A stretch of DNA of 64,000 bases from an uncultured OCS116 cluster bacterium (GTDB taxonomy: Bacteria; Pseudomonadota; Alphaproteobacteria; Rhizobiales; TMED25): assembly GCA_902538185.1 (NCBI GenBank), contig CACBED010000001.1, positions 34,195 through 98,194 of the forward strand, written 5' to 3'. The position numbers and the translations under genes were made by a program. This document shows, one piece after another, positions 1 through 10,497 of the stretch (the first letter of the stretch is position 1; every line of letters starts with the position of its first letter). Below the pieces are notes generated by a model that worked only from the letters and a program-made list of their open reading frames with translations, did not search any database and was not told the DNA's origin.

Positions 1-1005
1 TTTATCTAATGCTTTCATTGCGTCAGCTATTGCAATTGCAGCGTGACTGTTGTGTCCTCCGTCTAACCATATTTCAGTATCATTATGTACATACCCATGT
101 AAAGGGCCAGTTTCCAGGAGGTCTAATCTTGCTGGCCATTCAGCATTTTCTATGCCTTCAACAAAAGACCCCCTCGTAATGGTAACATCATCAATCGCTG
201 CAATTGTTGCGATTGCTGTTCCGGCGTTCATAATCTGGTGCCTACCGTATAAATTTGGAAGTGGAAGTGACATTTGATATTTTTGATCGGAATATGTAAA
301 ATCTTCGCCGTTATCGATAACAAAATAATCTTTGTCCCAAATTTTAGAGACATTATTTCTAGAATTAATTATATCTTGAAATATTGGGACTATATTTTTA
401 TCCTGATATGATAGTACAGTTTTACATTTATCTTTAATGATGCCTGCTTTCTCTGATGCAATCTCTTGAATAGAGTCTCCGAGAAATTGCTGATGATCAA
501 TACCTATTGGTGTAATCACAGATACAAGTGGATTTTGGATAACATTCGTTGCATCCAATCTGCCACCTAAACCTGTTTCAAGTATGAGAAAATCAGATTT
601 TGTTTGTGAAAATTTTAGGAATGCTGCTGCTGTGATTAATTCAAAAATTGTTATTGGATCACCATCATTTACTTGCTCGCACTCCAAGAGTATATCCTCC
701 AGGGCAGCATCATCTATATCTTCCTGATACCCTCTTCTCCCAATCTTAATTCTCTCATTAAAGTGAACTAAATGTGGCGATATATATGAGTCAACTGTGA
801 AGCCAGATGCACTGAGAATACTTGAAATATATGTGAGTGTTGATCCTTTTCCATTTGTTCCTGCTATATGAATGATCTTCTCTATGCTGTCTTGTGGATT
901 ACCTAGTTTTTTGAGAAGATTTTCAATTCTTCCCAGAGATAAATCCATTACTTTTGGATATAAATGGGCAATTCTATCTTGGAAAGATTTTATTTCAAAT
1001 AACAT
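1..1005 (-). CDS. folC: Folylpolyglutamate synthase / dihydrofolate synthase FolC; C-terminal part cut by the window edge
   Basis: Absent from the ORF track because it runs off the edge. My reverse-strand translation from ATG (1005..1003) gives MLFEIKSFQDRIAHLYPKVMDLSLGRIENLLKKLGNP...HIAGTNGKGST (P-loop), LETGLGGRLDATN, GIDHQQFLG, EKAGIIK, WPARLD, LDGGHNSHA. It stays open in frame to base 1 (335 codons). accD-folC adjacency is conserved in proteobacteria. Confidence 0.85.
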   Translation of the reverse strand, partial: MLFEIKSFQDRIAHLYPKVMDLSLGRIENLLKKLGNPQDSIEKIIHIAGTNGKGSTLTYISSILSASGFTVDSYISPHLVHFNERIKIGRRGYQEDIDDAALEDILLECEQVNDGDPITIFELITAAAFLKFSQTKSDFLILETGLGGRLDATNVIQNPLVSVITPIGIDHQQFLGDSIQEIASEKAGIIKDKCKTVLSYQDKNIVPIFQDIINSRNNVSKIWDKDYFVIDNGEDFTYSDQKYQMSLPLPNLYGRHQIMNAGTAIATIAAIDDVTITRGSFVEGIENAEWPARLDLLETGPLHGYVHNDTEIWLDGGHNSHAAIAIADAMKALDK

Positions 1006-1022
1006 AAGGTATACTTGATGTA

Positions 1023-1868
1023 TTATTTATTGAGAAGGTGTTTGCAAATAGTAATAAGCTTGCTCCTGAGATCATGCCTGTGCACTACCATATCAATCAT
1101 ACCATGCTCTAAGAGATATTCAGATCTCTGAAAACCCTCAGGTAATTTTTCTTTGATTGTTTGTTCTATAACTCTTGGCCCCGCGAAGCCTATTAAAGCA
1201 CCAGGCTCGGCAATATGGATATCGCCTAACATCGCATATGATGCTGTTACCCCTCCAGTTGTCGGATTAGTGAGAACAACAATATATGGTATCCTTGCTT
1301 CATTTAGTTTTTGAACGGCTATAGTCGTTCTCGGCATCTGCATGAGTGACAAAATACCCTCTTGCATTCTCGCGCCACCTGCCGCAGAAAATAGTATGAC
1401 GGGCGAGGATGAACGAAGTGCTTCATCCATTGCCTTTATTATGGCTTCCCCTGCTGCAACACCCAGCGATCCACCCATAAATGCAAAGTCTTGAACTATG
1501 CACGTCACTGGAATACTACCAAGTTTGCCCTGCGAGATCACAACAGCATCGTCTGTACCAGTTTTTTTTCTAGCATCTTTAAGTCTATCAATATACTTTT
1601 TTTCATCTTTAAATTTCAGAGGATCTGACACACCCACATCTACATCAATTACTGTGTATTCGTCGTCATAGAGAAGCTCCAGCCTTTTTTTTGCTGGGAT
1701 TTTCATATGATAATTTGAACCAGGAATAACCCATTGATTTGCCTCCAAATCCTTATGAAATACCATCTGTCCACTTTCTGGACATTTTATCCAAAGATTG
1801 TCAGGTACATCTTTTTTGGTTAAGATCTCCTTTATTTTTGGTGTGACTATATTGTTAATCCAACTCAT
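1023..1868 (-). CDS. accD: Acetyl-CoA carboxylase carboxyltransferase beta subunit
   Basis: 281-aa ORF with carboxyltransferase motifs [22 protein letters not shown] and [11 protein letters not shown]. Sits between trpA and folC as in many proteobacteria. Confidence 0.9.
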   Translation of the reverse strand: MSWINNIVTPKIKEILTKKDVPDNLWIKCPESGQMVFHKDLEANQWVIPGSNYHMKIPAKKRLELLYDDEYTVIDVDVGVSDPLKFKDEKKYIDRLKDARKKTGTDDAVVISQGKLGSIPVTCIVQDFAFMGGSLGVAAGEAIIKAMDEALRSSSPVILFSAAGGARMQEGILSLMQMPRTTIAVQKLNEARIPYIVVLTNPTTGGVTASYAMLGDIHIAEPGALIGFAGPRVIEQTIKEKLPEGFQRSEYLLEHGMIDMVVHRHDLRSKLITICKHLLNK

Positions 1869-1888
1869 ATATCATTCCTGATTTAAAA

Positions 1889-2686
1889 TTATACAGCACT
1901 TGCAAATTCTCTAACTTTTTTCACTATTTTATCTTTTATAGCAGACTCATTTTCATTATTTTTTATTATATCAACCAATACTGAACCTACAATCACCCCG
2001 TCTGCAAAAGTACCAATCCTCTCAATATCATCTTTTGTTCTTATTCCAAAACCCACGCCAATCGGAATATTTGTTTTTGTTTTAATTTCTTTGACTGCGG
2101 TCTCAACTTCATTCATTTCTGGTCTCTTTGAACCAGTTATCCCAGCTATTGATACATAATATAAAAATCCTGATGTTTTTTGAAGAATTTTATTGAGTCT
2201 GTCTGAATTAGTTGTGGGAGTCACTAATCTTATAAATGAAAGGTCAGCAATTTCCAGCGCGTCACAAAGCTCATTATCTTCTTCTGGCGGTAAATCAACA
2301 ACTATGACGCCATCAACTTCAATATCAATAATCTTTTTAATAAAAGAATTGACCCCGTAATTATATATAGGATTGAAATATCCCATAAGGATTATTGGAG
2401 TATGGGAATTATCTTTCCGAAAACTCTCAATCATCTCAAAGGTCTTTTCCATTTTATGGCCCGAATTTATCGCCCTGAGCGAAGATGCCTGTATCGAAGG
2501 TCCATCAGCCATTGGATCACTGAACGGCATCCCAATTTCAATAATATCTGCACCTGCTTCTGGCAATGACTTTATTAGCTCTAGTGATAAATTGTAATTT
2601 GGATCACCCGCAGTTAAAAAAGCTATTAAGGCTTTTTTGTTAGTTAATTTAAGTGTTTCAAAACAATTATCGATGCGCACAGTCAA
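1889..2686 (-). CDS. trpA: Tryptophan synthase alpha chain
   Basis: 265 aa with EIGMPFSDPMADGPSIQ and GVGFGI motifs. Lies 3 nt downstream of trpB. Confidence 0.92.
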   Translation of the reverse strand: MTVRIDNCFETLKLTNKKALIAFLTAGDPNYNLSLELIKSLPEAGADIIEIGMPFSDPMADGPSIQASSLRAINSGHKMEKTFEMIESFRKDNSHTPIILMGYFNPIYNYGVNSFIKKIIDIEVDGVIVVDLPPEEDNELCDALEIADLSFIRLVTPTTNSDRLNKILQKTSGFLYYVSIAGITGSKRPEMNEVETAVKEIKTKTNIPIGVGFGIRTKDDIERIGTFADGVIVGSVLVDIIKNNENESAIKDKIVKKVREFASAV

Positions 2687-2689
2687 GTC

Positions 2690-3901
2690 TTATATCTCCA
2701 TATTCAGATGTTCCGCAATAGTAAAAATATCTTTATCGCCTCTTCCACATAAATTCATAACCACAAGATCATTCTTTGATAAATTCGGTGCTATATTTAT
2801 TAAATGAGCTATTGCATGAGATGGCTCTAATGCTGGTATAATACCCTCTGTTTTTGTACATATTTTAAAGGCTTCGACTGCTTCACTGTCTGTAATTGCA
2901 ACATATTGAACTCTTCCTGACTCTTTCAACCAAGCATGCTCTGGACCGATCCCGGGATAATCAAGACCAGCAGAAATTGAATGACCTTCAATTATTTGCC
3001 CTTCATCATCCTGCAGAAGATATGTTCTATTTCCGTGTAGAACACCTGGCCTCCCCGCTGTTAGGCTGGCGCAATGCTTATCTCCTTGAAGCCCCATACC
3101 CCCAGCCTCAATTCCTGTGATCTTAACATTTATATCATCTAAAAAGGGATAAAATAGACCCATTGCATTTGACCCACCACCAATACATGCAATCAGTTGA
3201 TCCGGAAGACGCCCCTCCTGATCAAGAATTTGCTCTTTTGTTTCTTTGCCAATTATTGACTGAAAATCGCGGACCATTTCAGGATAAGGGTGAGGTCCTG
3301 CCACAGTTCCAATTATGTAGAAGGTATCATTAACGTTTGCAACCCAATCTCTGAGTGCTTCATTCATCGCATCTTTTAATGTAGCATTACCAGATCTTAC
3401 AGGAACAACCTTGGCTCCGAGCAGCTTCATTCTAAAGACATTAGGCTTTTGTCTCTCAATATCTTTTGCCCCCATATAAATCACACATGGAAGTCCAAAT
3501 CTTGCAGAGACTGTGGCAACAGCAACTCCATGTTGTCCAGCCCCTGTTTCAGCGATTATTCTCGTTTTTCCCATCCTCTTCGCTAATAATATTTGACCTA
3601 AACAATTATTGATTTTATGACTGCCAGTATGATTAAGTTCATCTCTTTTAAAATAAATTTTTGCAGTTTTGAGGTAATCTGTTAATCTTTCTGCAAAATA
3701 AAGTGGGCTTGGTCTTCCTGTATAATATTTATTTAAATAAGCCAGCTCAGATATAAAGCTGTCATCTTCCTTTGCTTGCTGATATGATTTCTCTAGGTCT
3801 AATATAAGGGGCATTAGTGTCTCGGCAACAAATCTTCCACCAAATATTCCGAACCTACCATTTTGATCGGGTCCGAGTTTATAAGAGTTTAACTTATCCA
3901 T
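2690..3901 (-). CDS. trpB: Tryptophan synthase beta chain
   Basis: 403 aa with PLP-lysine motif [15 protein letters not shown] and GGGSNAMG. Part of a trpF-trpB-trpA order. Confidence 0.95.
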   Translation of the reverse strand: MDKLNSYKLGPDQNGRFGIFGGRFVAETLMPLILDLEKSYQQAKEDDSFISELAYLNKYYTGRPSPLYFAERLTDYLKTAKIYFKRDELNHTGSHKINNCLGQILLAKRMGKTRIIAETGAGQHGVAVATVSARFGLPCVIYMGAKDIERQKPNVFRMKLLGAKVVPVRSGNATLKDAMNEALRDWVANVNDTFYIIGTVAGPHPYPEMVRDFQSIIGKETKEQILDQEGRLPDQLIACIGGGSNAMGLFYPFLDDINVKITGIEAGGMGLQGDKHCASLTAGRPGVLHGNRTYLLQDDEGQIIEGHSISAGLDYPGIGPEHAWLKESGRVQYVAITDSEAVEAFKICTKTEGIIPALEPSHAIAHLINIAPNLSKNDLVVMNLCGRGDKDIFTIAEHLNMEI

Positions 3902-3904
3902 CTC

Positions 3905-4558
3905 TTAATCTTTCTCCATGTAATTTCTTGCATTATAAATAAATTTTGTTATTAAATCATTATCTTTGATGCCATCATCATTCTCAACACCTGATGAAAC
4001 ATCTACGAAATTTGCACCTGTGTTTTTTATGGCATCACCAATATTTTCAGGACTTAGTCCACCTGATAGTATCCAATTCGAGTCCATTTTAAAATTCTTA
4101 ATTAAATTCCAATCAAAACGATTACCGTTACCACCTGGTCTCATAGAGTCTTCTGGTGGGGGGGCATCAAATAGTAAATAATCCATATTATTTTGAAGCT
4201 CAATCAATTTGGCTTTATCAGTACCCTCATTTATATTTATAGCCTTGATAATTTGTATATCATATTTGGATTTTAAAGTTAGTAATTTACCTAAATTTTC
4301 ATTACCATGAAATTGTAGAATATTTATCCCAATTTCATTTACTAGTGTCTCGACTAGGCTTTCATCCGGATCAACAACAAGCCCAACGATATTAACTTCA
4401 CGACCAAACTCTCGATATAAATTTTTGGCTTTTAAAGTTGAAATATTACGCGGGCTATTTTTATAGAACACAAATCCGATCATATCTACTGAATTATCGA
4501 TACAACACTTGATATTATCTTCTTCGCTGATCCCACAAATCTTTATTTTAACTCGCAT
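3905..4558 (-). CDS. trpF: Phosphoribosylanthranilate isomerase
   Basis: 217 aa starting KICGI, with FVFYKNSPRNI and LSGGL, typical of PRAI. Lies 3 nt upstream of trpB. Confidence 0.85.
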   Translation of the reverse strand: MRVKIKICGISEEDNIKCCIDNSVDMIGFVFYKNSPRNISTLKAKNLYREFGREVNIVGLVVDPDESLVETLVNEIGINILQFHGNENLGKLLTLKSKYDIQIIKAININEGTDKAKLIELQNNMDYLLFDAPPPEDSMRPGGNGNRFDWNLIKNFKMDSNWILSGGLSPENIGDAIKNTGANFVDVSSGVENDDGIKDNDLITKFIYNARNYMEKD

Positions 4559-5279
4559 AATCGTCGATATTCTTTCTAATTATTTTGGCAACACCCATGG
4601 GATCACTCGCTTTTGTTAGAGGTCTTCCAACTACTAGAATGTCTGCACCATTCCGAACAGCTTCATATGGTGTAAGGGTTCTTTTTTGATCGTCAGATTG
4701 TGTTTTTTCTAGTCTAATACCCGGCACAACTGTTAAAAAATCACTTCCGCATTTACTTTTTACCTTGCCTGCCTCATGCGGGCTACAAACAACACCATCA
4801 AGTCCACAATCAGCGGCTAAAGTTGCAAGATTAATTACCTGATCTTGAATATTAAGCTTCAAGCCTTGTTCTTCAAAGCTGTATTCATTCATGCTAGTCA
4901 ATATTGTTACCCCAACAATTTTTGGCCTCTTATCTTTACTTTCATGGATTGCACTAACTGCTTCTCTAAGCATCACAGCGCCCCCAGATATATGAACATT
5001 AATCATGTACGGATTAAGTGGGATTAGGGATTTTATTGCTGAGCTTACTGTATTGGGTATATCATGTAATTTTAAATCTAGAAATATTGGTATGTTTAAA
5101 TCTTGTAATCTTAAGTAACCATCAATACCCATTGAATAGAAGGCTTCCATTCCAATCTTTATGCCGTCTATGTAATCTTTTATAATGTTTGTGAAAGATA
5201 AAGCTTGGTCTATACTTTTCATATCAAGAGCACAGAAAAGGGCATTTTTATTTTTAAAACTCAAATTACCACTCCTCAT
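4548..5279 (-). CDS. pyrF: Orotidine-5'-phosphate decarboxylase
   Basis: 243 aa with FLDLKLHDIPNT and VVGRPL motifs. Its 3' end overlaps the trpF start by 11 nt. Confidence 0.88.
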   Translation of the reverse strand: MRSGNLSFKNKNALFCALDMKSIDQALSFTNIIKDYIDGIKIGMEAFYSMGIDGYLRLQDLNIPIFLDLKLHDIPNTVSSAIKSLIPLNPYMINVHISGGAVMLREAVSAIHESKDKRPKIVGVTILTSMNEYSFEEQGLKLNIQDQVINLATLAADCGLDGVVCSPHEAGKVKSKCGSDFLTVVPGIRLEKTQSDDQKRTLTPYEAVRNGADILVVGRPLTKASDPMGVAKIIRKNIDDYAS

Positions 5280-5290
5280 TGATTAGATTA

Positions 5291-5575
5291 TTAACTGCTA
5301 CTATTGATACGTTCCTTGAGTTCTTTACCAGGCTTGTAATATACTGACTTTTTCCTTGGCACCGCCACTCTCTCACCGTTTTTTGGATTTCTTCCTATCC
5401 GTGGGCCTCTTTCTTTTGTTGAGAATGCGCCAAATCCTCGTAACTCCACTCTTTGACCGTTAGCTAATGCTTCGGAAATTGAATTGTAAAATACGTCGAC
5501 CACTTTTTCGATATCCCTATGGTATAAGTGAGGATATTCTTTAGCTAATTGGTCAATTAATTCTGATTTCTTCAT
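5291..5575 (-). CDS. ihfB: Integration host factor beta subunit (HU/IHF family)
   Basis: MKKSELIDQLAKEYPHL...VELRGFGAFSTKERGPRIGRNPKNGERVAVP is the IHF/HU fold signature. I prefer the ATG at 5575 (GGAG 7 nt upstream) over the track start at 5611, which would overlap sppA by 19 nt. rpsA...ihfB linkage is conserved. Confidence 0.8.
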   Translation of the reverse strand: MKKSELIDQLAKEYPHLYHRDIEKVVDVFYNSISEALANGQRVELRGFGAFSTKERGPRIGRNPKNGERVAVPRKKSVYYKPGKELKERINSSS

Positions 5576-5592
5576 ATTTTCTCCAGAAGTTG

Positions 5593-6531
5593 TCAACTTG
5601 GATGCTGCCAAATGGATAGAAGACCGTTAACACTTATCAGTGAGAGATTATTTTTTAAACTATCCCCATACGATGAATTTATATTAAAATAATCCATAAT
5701 TTTTGCAACACTTAGTTCGATAAAATTAGTATTCTTATTTTGGTCATAGGCCAATATTTCAAGATCAGTATTTATTTCTCGATTCTCAATTAACCAGAGT
5801 TTTGCTTCTCTATTACCGCCAATCTCGTCTATCAAATTTAAGTCTAGAGCTTGCCTACCTGTGAATATCCTCCCGTCTGATATTAGACTAATTGCATAGT
5901 CTCCAATTCTTCTGCGTTCCGTAATTAGATTAAGAAACCAAGCATAGGTTTCATCAACGATTTTTTGGGTTAATACTAACGCCTCTTCATCAGACTCTCC
6001 AAAAAGATCCGGCTCTGCCTTTAATTTTCCACTCTTAACCTCTTTCATCTCAATACCGAGCTTTTCAAGTCCTTGATCAATCCTTGCCCATTGAAGTAAG
6101 ACTCCCACTGATCCGGTAATTGTATTCTCACGTGCAAATATTCTGTCTGCACCGATTGAGAATAAATATGCTCCGGAGGTTGCAATATTCTTCATAACCA
6201 CAACTATTGGTTTATTTAATGATATAGATCTGATCTTTAAAAAGATCTCCTCTGCGGTCACAGTTGTACCACCAGGACTATCGACAGTGATAATTATTGC
6301 TTTAACATTATCTTCAAAGTCCAAATATTCCAAATCTTCTAAAATCTGATCCGCGTTTACAAGTAAACCACTAATATTGTAGTTTGCGATGTGTGGCTTA
6401 GAGCTAATATTTGTTTTTGGGTTGCTAAAAAAAATATAGAGTAGAGATATTGCTAAAACGAAAGAAAAAAACCGCCATAAAAATAGTTTTCTGCGGTACC
6501 ATTTTATTTCTGCTGAGTTATTGAAGACCAT
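5593..6531 (-). CDS. sppA: Signal peptide peptidase SppA, 36K type (S49)
   Basis: 312 aa with an N-terminal membrane anchor (LFLWRFFSFVLAISLLYIFF) and S49 motifs VDSPGG, ATSGAYL and TGSVGV. Confidence 0.8.
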   Translation of the reverse strand: MVFNNSAEIKWYRRKLFLWRFFSFVLAISLLYIFFSNPKTNISSKPHIANYNISGLLVNADQILEDLEYLDFEDNVKAIIITVDSPGGTTVTAEEIFLKIRSISLNKPIVVVMKNIATSGAYLFSIGADRIFARENTITGSVGVLLQWARIDQGLEKLGIEMKEVKSGKLKAEPDLFGESDEEALVLTQKIVDETYAWFLNLITERRRIGDYAISLISDGRIFTGRQALDLNLIDEIGGNREAKLWLIENREINTDLEILAYDQNKNTNFIELSVAKIMDYFNINSSYGDSLKNNLSLISVNGLLSIWQHPS

Positions 6532-6586
6532 TTAATCACCGCTTGGCTTGAGTCGTTATCATAAGTTAACCAATATTTGACTTTTT

Positions 6587-8419
6587 TTATCTTGAAGCCT
6601 TTGAGTCTTTTGTTTTTTCTTCCTTTTTTGATTCTTTCTTTTCAGCTTTTGGTTTTGCTTTCTTCACCGTTTTCTTAGCCAAGTCTGATGGGTCTGCAGA
6701 AGCCTCAATTTCTTCCTGATCGTTGGCGATATTTAATGCTTCCCCTAAGATATCACCCAGTGAAGCGCCAGAGTCTGCAGATCCGTATTGTTCTACAGCT
6801 TCTTTTTCTTGATCAATTTGCAAACTTTTTATTGATAAAGTAAGTTTATTATTTTTTGCATCTATCTGTGTCACCTTTGCATCAACCATCTCACCGACAT
6901 CAAACCTATCTGGTTTCTGTTCAGACTTATCTACTGATAAATCTGTCCTCTTGATCGAACTCGGGACTCCATCCTTGCCAATTGTAACGTCCAGGCCACC
7001 ATCACGGATATTTGTTATATAGCATGTTACCGTATCACCTTTTTTAATTTGGCTGAGCCCAGAATAAGGATCATCAGACAATTGCTTAACACCGAGGCTT
7101 ATTCTCTCTTTTTCAACATCAATATCAAGTACCTTAACATCGATTGTCTCTCCCTTTGCATGCCTCTCAAGAGAGACTTCGGGCTTTTCATTCCAGTCTA
7201 AATCTGATAGATGAATCATACCATCAAGATCACCCTCTAAACCTACAAATAAACCAAATTCAGTGGCATTCTTTACCTCTCCGCTGATAACTGAGCCAAT
7301 AGGATAATTCTCCGCAAATTTTGCCCAAGGATTTTCTACACACTGCTTCATCCCAAGAGAAATTCTTCTTTTTTCATAATCTATTTCTAAAATCACAACT
7401 TCTACCTCTTGTGAGCTTGATACAATCTTACCAGGATGTATATTTTTCTTTGTCCAGCTCATTTCTGAGACATGTGTAAGTCCCTCGATACCCGGTTCAA
7501 TTTCAACAAAAGCACCATAATCCGTAATATTTGTAACATTACCTTTTAATTTTGTATTTATTGGATATTTTTCAGCGATACCGACCCATGGATCAGCCTC
7601 AAGTTGCTTCATTCCAAGGCTAACTCTTTTGCTTTCTGCGTTTATTTTGGTAACTTGAACTTTAACCGATTGCCCAATCTTTAATAAATCACTGGGGTGA
7701 TTAACTCTCTTCCATGATATGTCTGTTACATGCAGCAAACCATCCATCCCACCGAGGTCAATAAATGCACCATAGTCTGTTATGTTTTTGACAATACCAT
7801 CAAGGGTCTGACCCTCCTCAAGATTATCAGCAAGCTCAGGATTATAGTCACCTTTAGAGTCTTCAATAATTGCCCTCCTTGACACAACAATATTACCTCT
7901 TTTCCTATCCATTTTTAAAATTTGGAATGGTTGAGATACATTCAACATACCACCAATATCTCTTACAGGTTTTACATCAACTTGGCTTCCTGGAAGGAAT
8001 GCGATTGCACCATCAAGATCTACAGTGAACCCGCCCTTTACTCGGCCAAAAATCACTCCCTCGACCCGAACACCATCTGCATGTAGTTTCTCTAGGTTAT
8101 TCCAGCTTTCCTGTCTTCTTGCTTTTTCTCTACTTAATACAGCTTCTCCGTTTGAATTTTCAACTCTATCTAAGTAAACATCAACATCATCACCGATCTC
8201 AGGGACACTTGGCCCAGAAGCTGACTTGAATTCTCTTGTTGGTATCCTGCCTTCTGTTTTGAGTCCTACATCAACTATTACAAAGTCATTCTCGACAGCG
8301 GTTACCTTACCTTTTATTACAGTTCCTTCAGAGAGATTTATTTTACTCATGCTCTCTTCAAGCAAAGCTGCAAAATCATCAACAGATGGATTTAACTTAT
8401 CAAGTTCATTATTTACCAT
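6587..8419 (-). CDS. rpsA: 30S ribosomal protein S1
   Basis: 610 aa with repeated S1 domains (DYGAFIDLGG, DYGAFVEIEPG, EFGLFVGLEG and others). cmk-rpsA order is conserved. Confidence 0.95.
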   Translation of the reverse strand: MVNNELDKLNPSVDDFAALLEESMSKINLSEGTVIKGKVTAVENDFVIVDVGLKTEGRIPTREFKSASGPSVPEIGDDVDVYLDRVENSNGEAVLSREKARRQESWNNLEKLHADGVRVEGVIFGRVKGGFTVDLDGAIAFLPGSQVDVKPVRDIGGMLNVSQPFQILKMDRKRGNIVVSRRAIIEDSKGDYNPELADNLEEGQTLDGIVKNITDYGAFIDLGGMDGLLHVTDISWKRVNHPSDLLKIGQSVKVQVTKINAESKRVSLGMKQLEADPWVGIAEKYPINTKLKGNVTNITDYGAFVEIEPGIEGLTHVSEMSWTKKNIHPGKIVSSSQEVEVVILEIDYEKRRISLGMKQCVENPWAKFAENYPIGSVISGEVKNATEFGLFVGLEGDLDGMIHLSDLDWNEKPEVSLERHAKGETIDVKVLDIDVEKERISLGVKQLSDDPYSGLSQIKKGDTVTCYITNIRDGGLDVTIGKDGVPSSIKRTDLSVDKSEQKPDRFDVGEMVDAKVTQIDAKNNKLTLSIKSLQIDQEKEAVEQYGSADSGASLGDILGEALNIANDQEEIEASADPSDLAKKTVKKAKPKAEKKESKKEEKTKDSKASR

Positions 8420-8450
8420 TTACGTATATTCTCCAATTCATATACAATTT

Positions 8451-9074
8451 TTAACCTTTATGTATGTATTTTACAATAAAGTCAATTACATCATCAATTT
8501 TCATCTCAGTTGTATCAATCTCAACTGCATCCTCAGCTTTCTTGAGGGGAGCAATTTTTCTATTAATATCCCTAAGATCCCTATTATTTATATCATTTTT
8601 GATATTATTTCTATCTATTTCGGCATTATCCTTCTTTAGTTGCAGATATCTTCTTTCCGTTCTTTGATCTAATGATGCAGTTATATAAAATTTATAATCA
8701 GCATTGGGAAAAATTATGGTTCCAATGTCTCTACCATCTACAACTGCTCCGTTTGAAGCAAAGTCTCTTTGATATTCAATGAGCTGATCACGAATTTCAC
8801 TATATTGTGATATAATTGAGGCCACGGTTGATATTTCATCATTCCTTAAATCTTTAATTTCAGTGATGTCAAACTCAATTTGATTAGTAAGCTCTATGAG
8901 TGCGGGCCTATTATTTGGATTGATTGTACTCTTTATAGCCAAATGAGCAATGTGCCTGTACAGCTGACCTGAGTCTAAGTGAGGCAAGTTGAAAATTTTT
9001 GCAAGTTTCTTTGCAACTGTACCCTTGCCACTTGCCGCGGGACCATCTATTGCAATAATTATTTTTTCATCCAC
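8451..9074 (-). CDS. cmk: Cytidylate kinase
   Basis: 207 aa with P-loop IAIDGPAASGKGTVAK and DGRDIGT. Located between aroA and rpsA. Confidence 0.9.
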   Translation of the reverse strand: MDEKIIIAIDGPAASGKGTVAKKLAKIFNLPHLDSGQLYRHIAHLAIKSTINPNNRPALIELTNQIEFDITEIKDLRNDEISTVASIISQYSEIRDQLIEYQRDFASNGAVVDGRDIGTIIFPNADYKFYITASLDQRTERRYLQLKKDNAEIDRNNIKNDINNRDLRDINRKIAPLKKAEDAVEIDTTEMKIDDVIDFIVKYIHKG

Positions 9075-10416
9075 TTTGAAAAGTTCCCCCTATTTTACGA
9101 TAAATTTCCATAAAATTTGGAAAACTTGTTGCTATAGGGGAAACATCATCAATCCTGATTTGACTTTTTGAATTGAGCCCCAAAATTAGCGCTGACATGG
9201 CCACACGATGGTCATAATTGGACTTAATATCTGAGCCACCAGGGACTTCCCCGTTCCCATATATTGTGAGATCATCATCCTTTGTTTCACACTTGACACC
9301 TGAGGCTGTTAACATGTTAATTATCGCTTCAAGGCGATCGCTCTCTTTTACTTTTAATTCTGAAACCCCGCAAAATTTACTCTCACCTTTTGCGTAAGCA
9401 GCTGCGACAGATAATATAAGAAATTCATCAATAATTGATGGGGCGTCGTTCAGACTGGTTGTGACTCCTTTTAATTCACTTGCTGTAACGTCAATATCCA
9501 CAACCTCTTCACCACATTTTGAATATTTATCCAAGAAGTCAATCTTTGCCCCCATTGAGATCAAATAGTCAATAAATAGCGACCTTGTAGGATTTATCAT
9601 TACATTTTTTATCCTTAGCTTAGAACCTTTTGATATTAAGCCTGCAACAATAAAAAATGCAGCTGAGCTTGGGTCACCGGGAATATCTATCTCTCTTGGA
9701 GAGAGTTTTTTTTGCCCGCTTATCATAATTTCCTTTTGGCCCAAATCATTCAACCTTATTTGAATATCTGCGCCAAAATATTCAAACAATTTTTCCGTAT
9801 GGTCACGAGTTTTAATTGTTTCAATTATTGTAGAGCGCCCTCTTATGTTTAAGGCTGCCAGCATTAAAGCTGACTTTATTTGAGCTGATGGCACAAAAAG
9901 CTTATGATTTATAGGAACAGGTAAAGCCGTGCCCCTCAGCTTTAATGGTAAATTTTCTTTCTCATCGCCCAGTATTTCTAAACCAATGTCTTTTAAAGGA
10001 TCTAATACTCTACCCATTGGCCGTTTAGACAGTGACTCATCACCTTCAAACTCTACACAAACATCACAGCTTGACATAAGACCAATAAGCAATCTTGCGG
10101 AAGTTCCTGAGTTTCCTAAATAAATTTTTTTACTGGGTTGTAACAATCCACCAATTCCAATACCGTATATATTTGTTATGTTCTGCTCTTCTCCCAAATG
10201 GATACTTGCACCAAACTGCTCCAAAGCACAGATTGTGGAGGTGATATCTTCCGACATAAGTAAATTATGAATTTTCGTTTCACCAATGCATAGCGAGCCA
10301 AGAATTAGAGCACGATGTGAAATAGATTTATCACTTGGCGTGTCGATACTACCAGACAGGGCGTTTGATCTCTCAACAATGACTGGATTATTTTTGTTGT
10401 TTATTTTCATGATCAT
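9067..10416 (-). CDS. aroA: 3-phosphoshikimate 1-carboxyvinyltransferase (EPSP synthase)
   Basis: 449 aa with SDKSISHRALIL, LGNSGTSARLL and DHRVAMS motifs. Overlaps the cmk start by 8 nt. Confidence 0.92.
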   Translation of the reverse strand: MIMKINNKNNPVIVERSNALSGSIDTPSDKSISHRALILGSLCIGETKIHNLLMSEDITSTICALEQFGASIHLGEEQNITNIYGIGIGGLLQPSKKIYLGNSGTSARLLIGLMSSCDVCVEFEGDESLSKRPMGRVLDPLKDIGLEILGDEKENLPLKLRGTALPVPINHKLFVPSAQIKSALMLAALNIRGRSTIIETIKTRDHTEKLFEYFGADIQIRLNDLGQKEIMISGQKKLSPREIDIPGDPSSAAFFIVAGLISKGSKLRIKNVMINPTRSLFIDYLISMGAKIDFLDKYSKCGEEVVDIDVTASELKGVTTSLNDAPSIIDEFLILSVAAAYAKGESKFCGVSELKVKESDRLEAIINMLTASGVKCETKDDDLTIYGNGEVPGGSDIKSNYDHRVAMSALILGLNSKSQIRIDDVSPIATSFPNFMEIYRKIGGTFQSG

Positions 10417-10497
10417 GTGTATATAAATGTAGTTATCATAATATTACATTATATAACATAGTATTAAATTGGCATAAAATATAAAAGGGGTTTTATA

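Noticed and set aside
50-277. 75-aa plus-strand ORF at the window start
   Set aside because: It lies antisense within the clearly recognisable folC reading frame.
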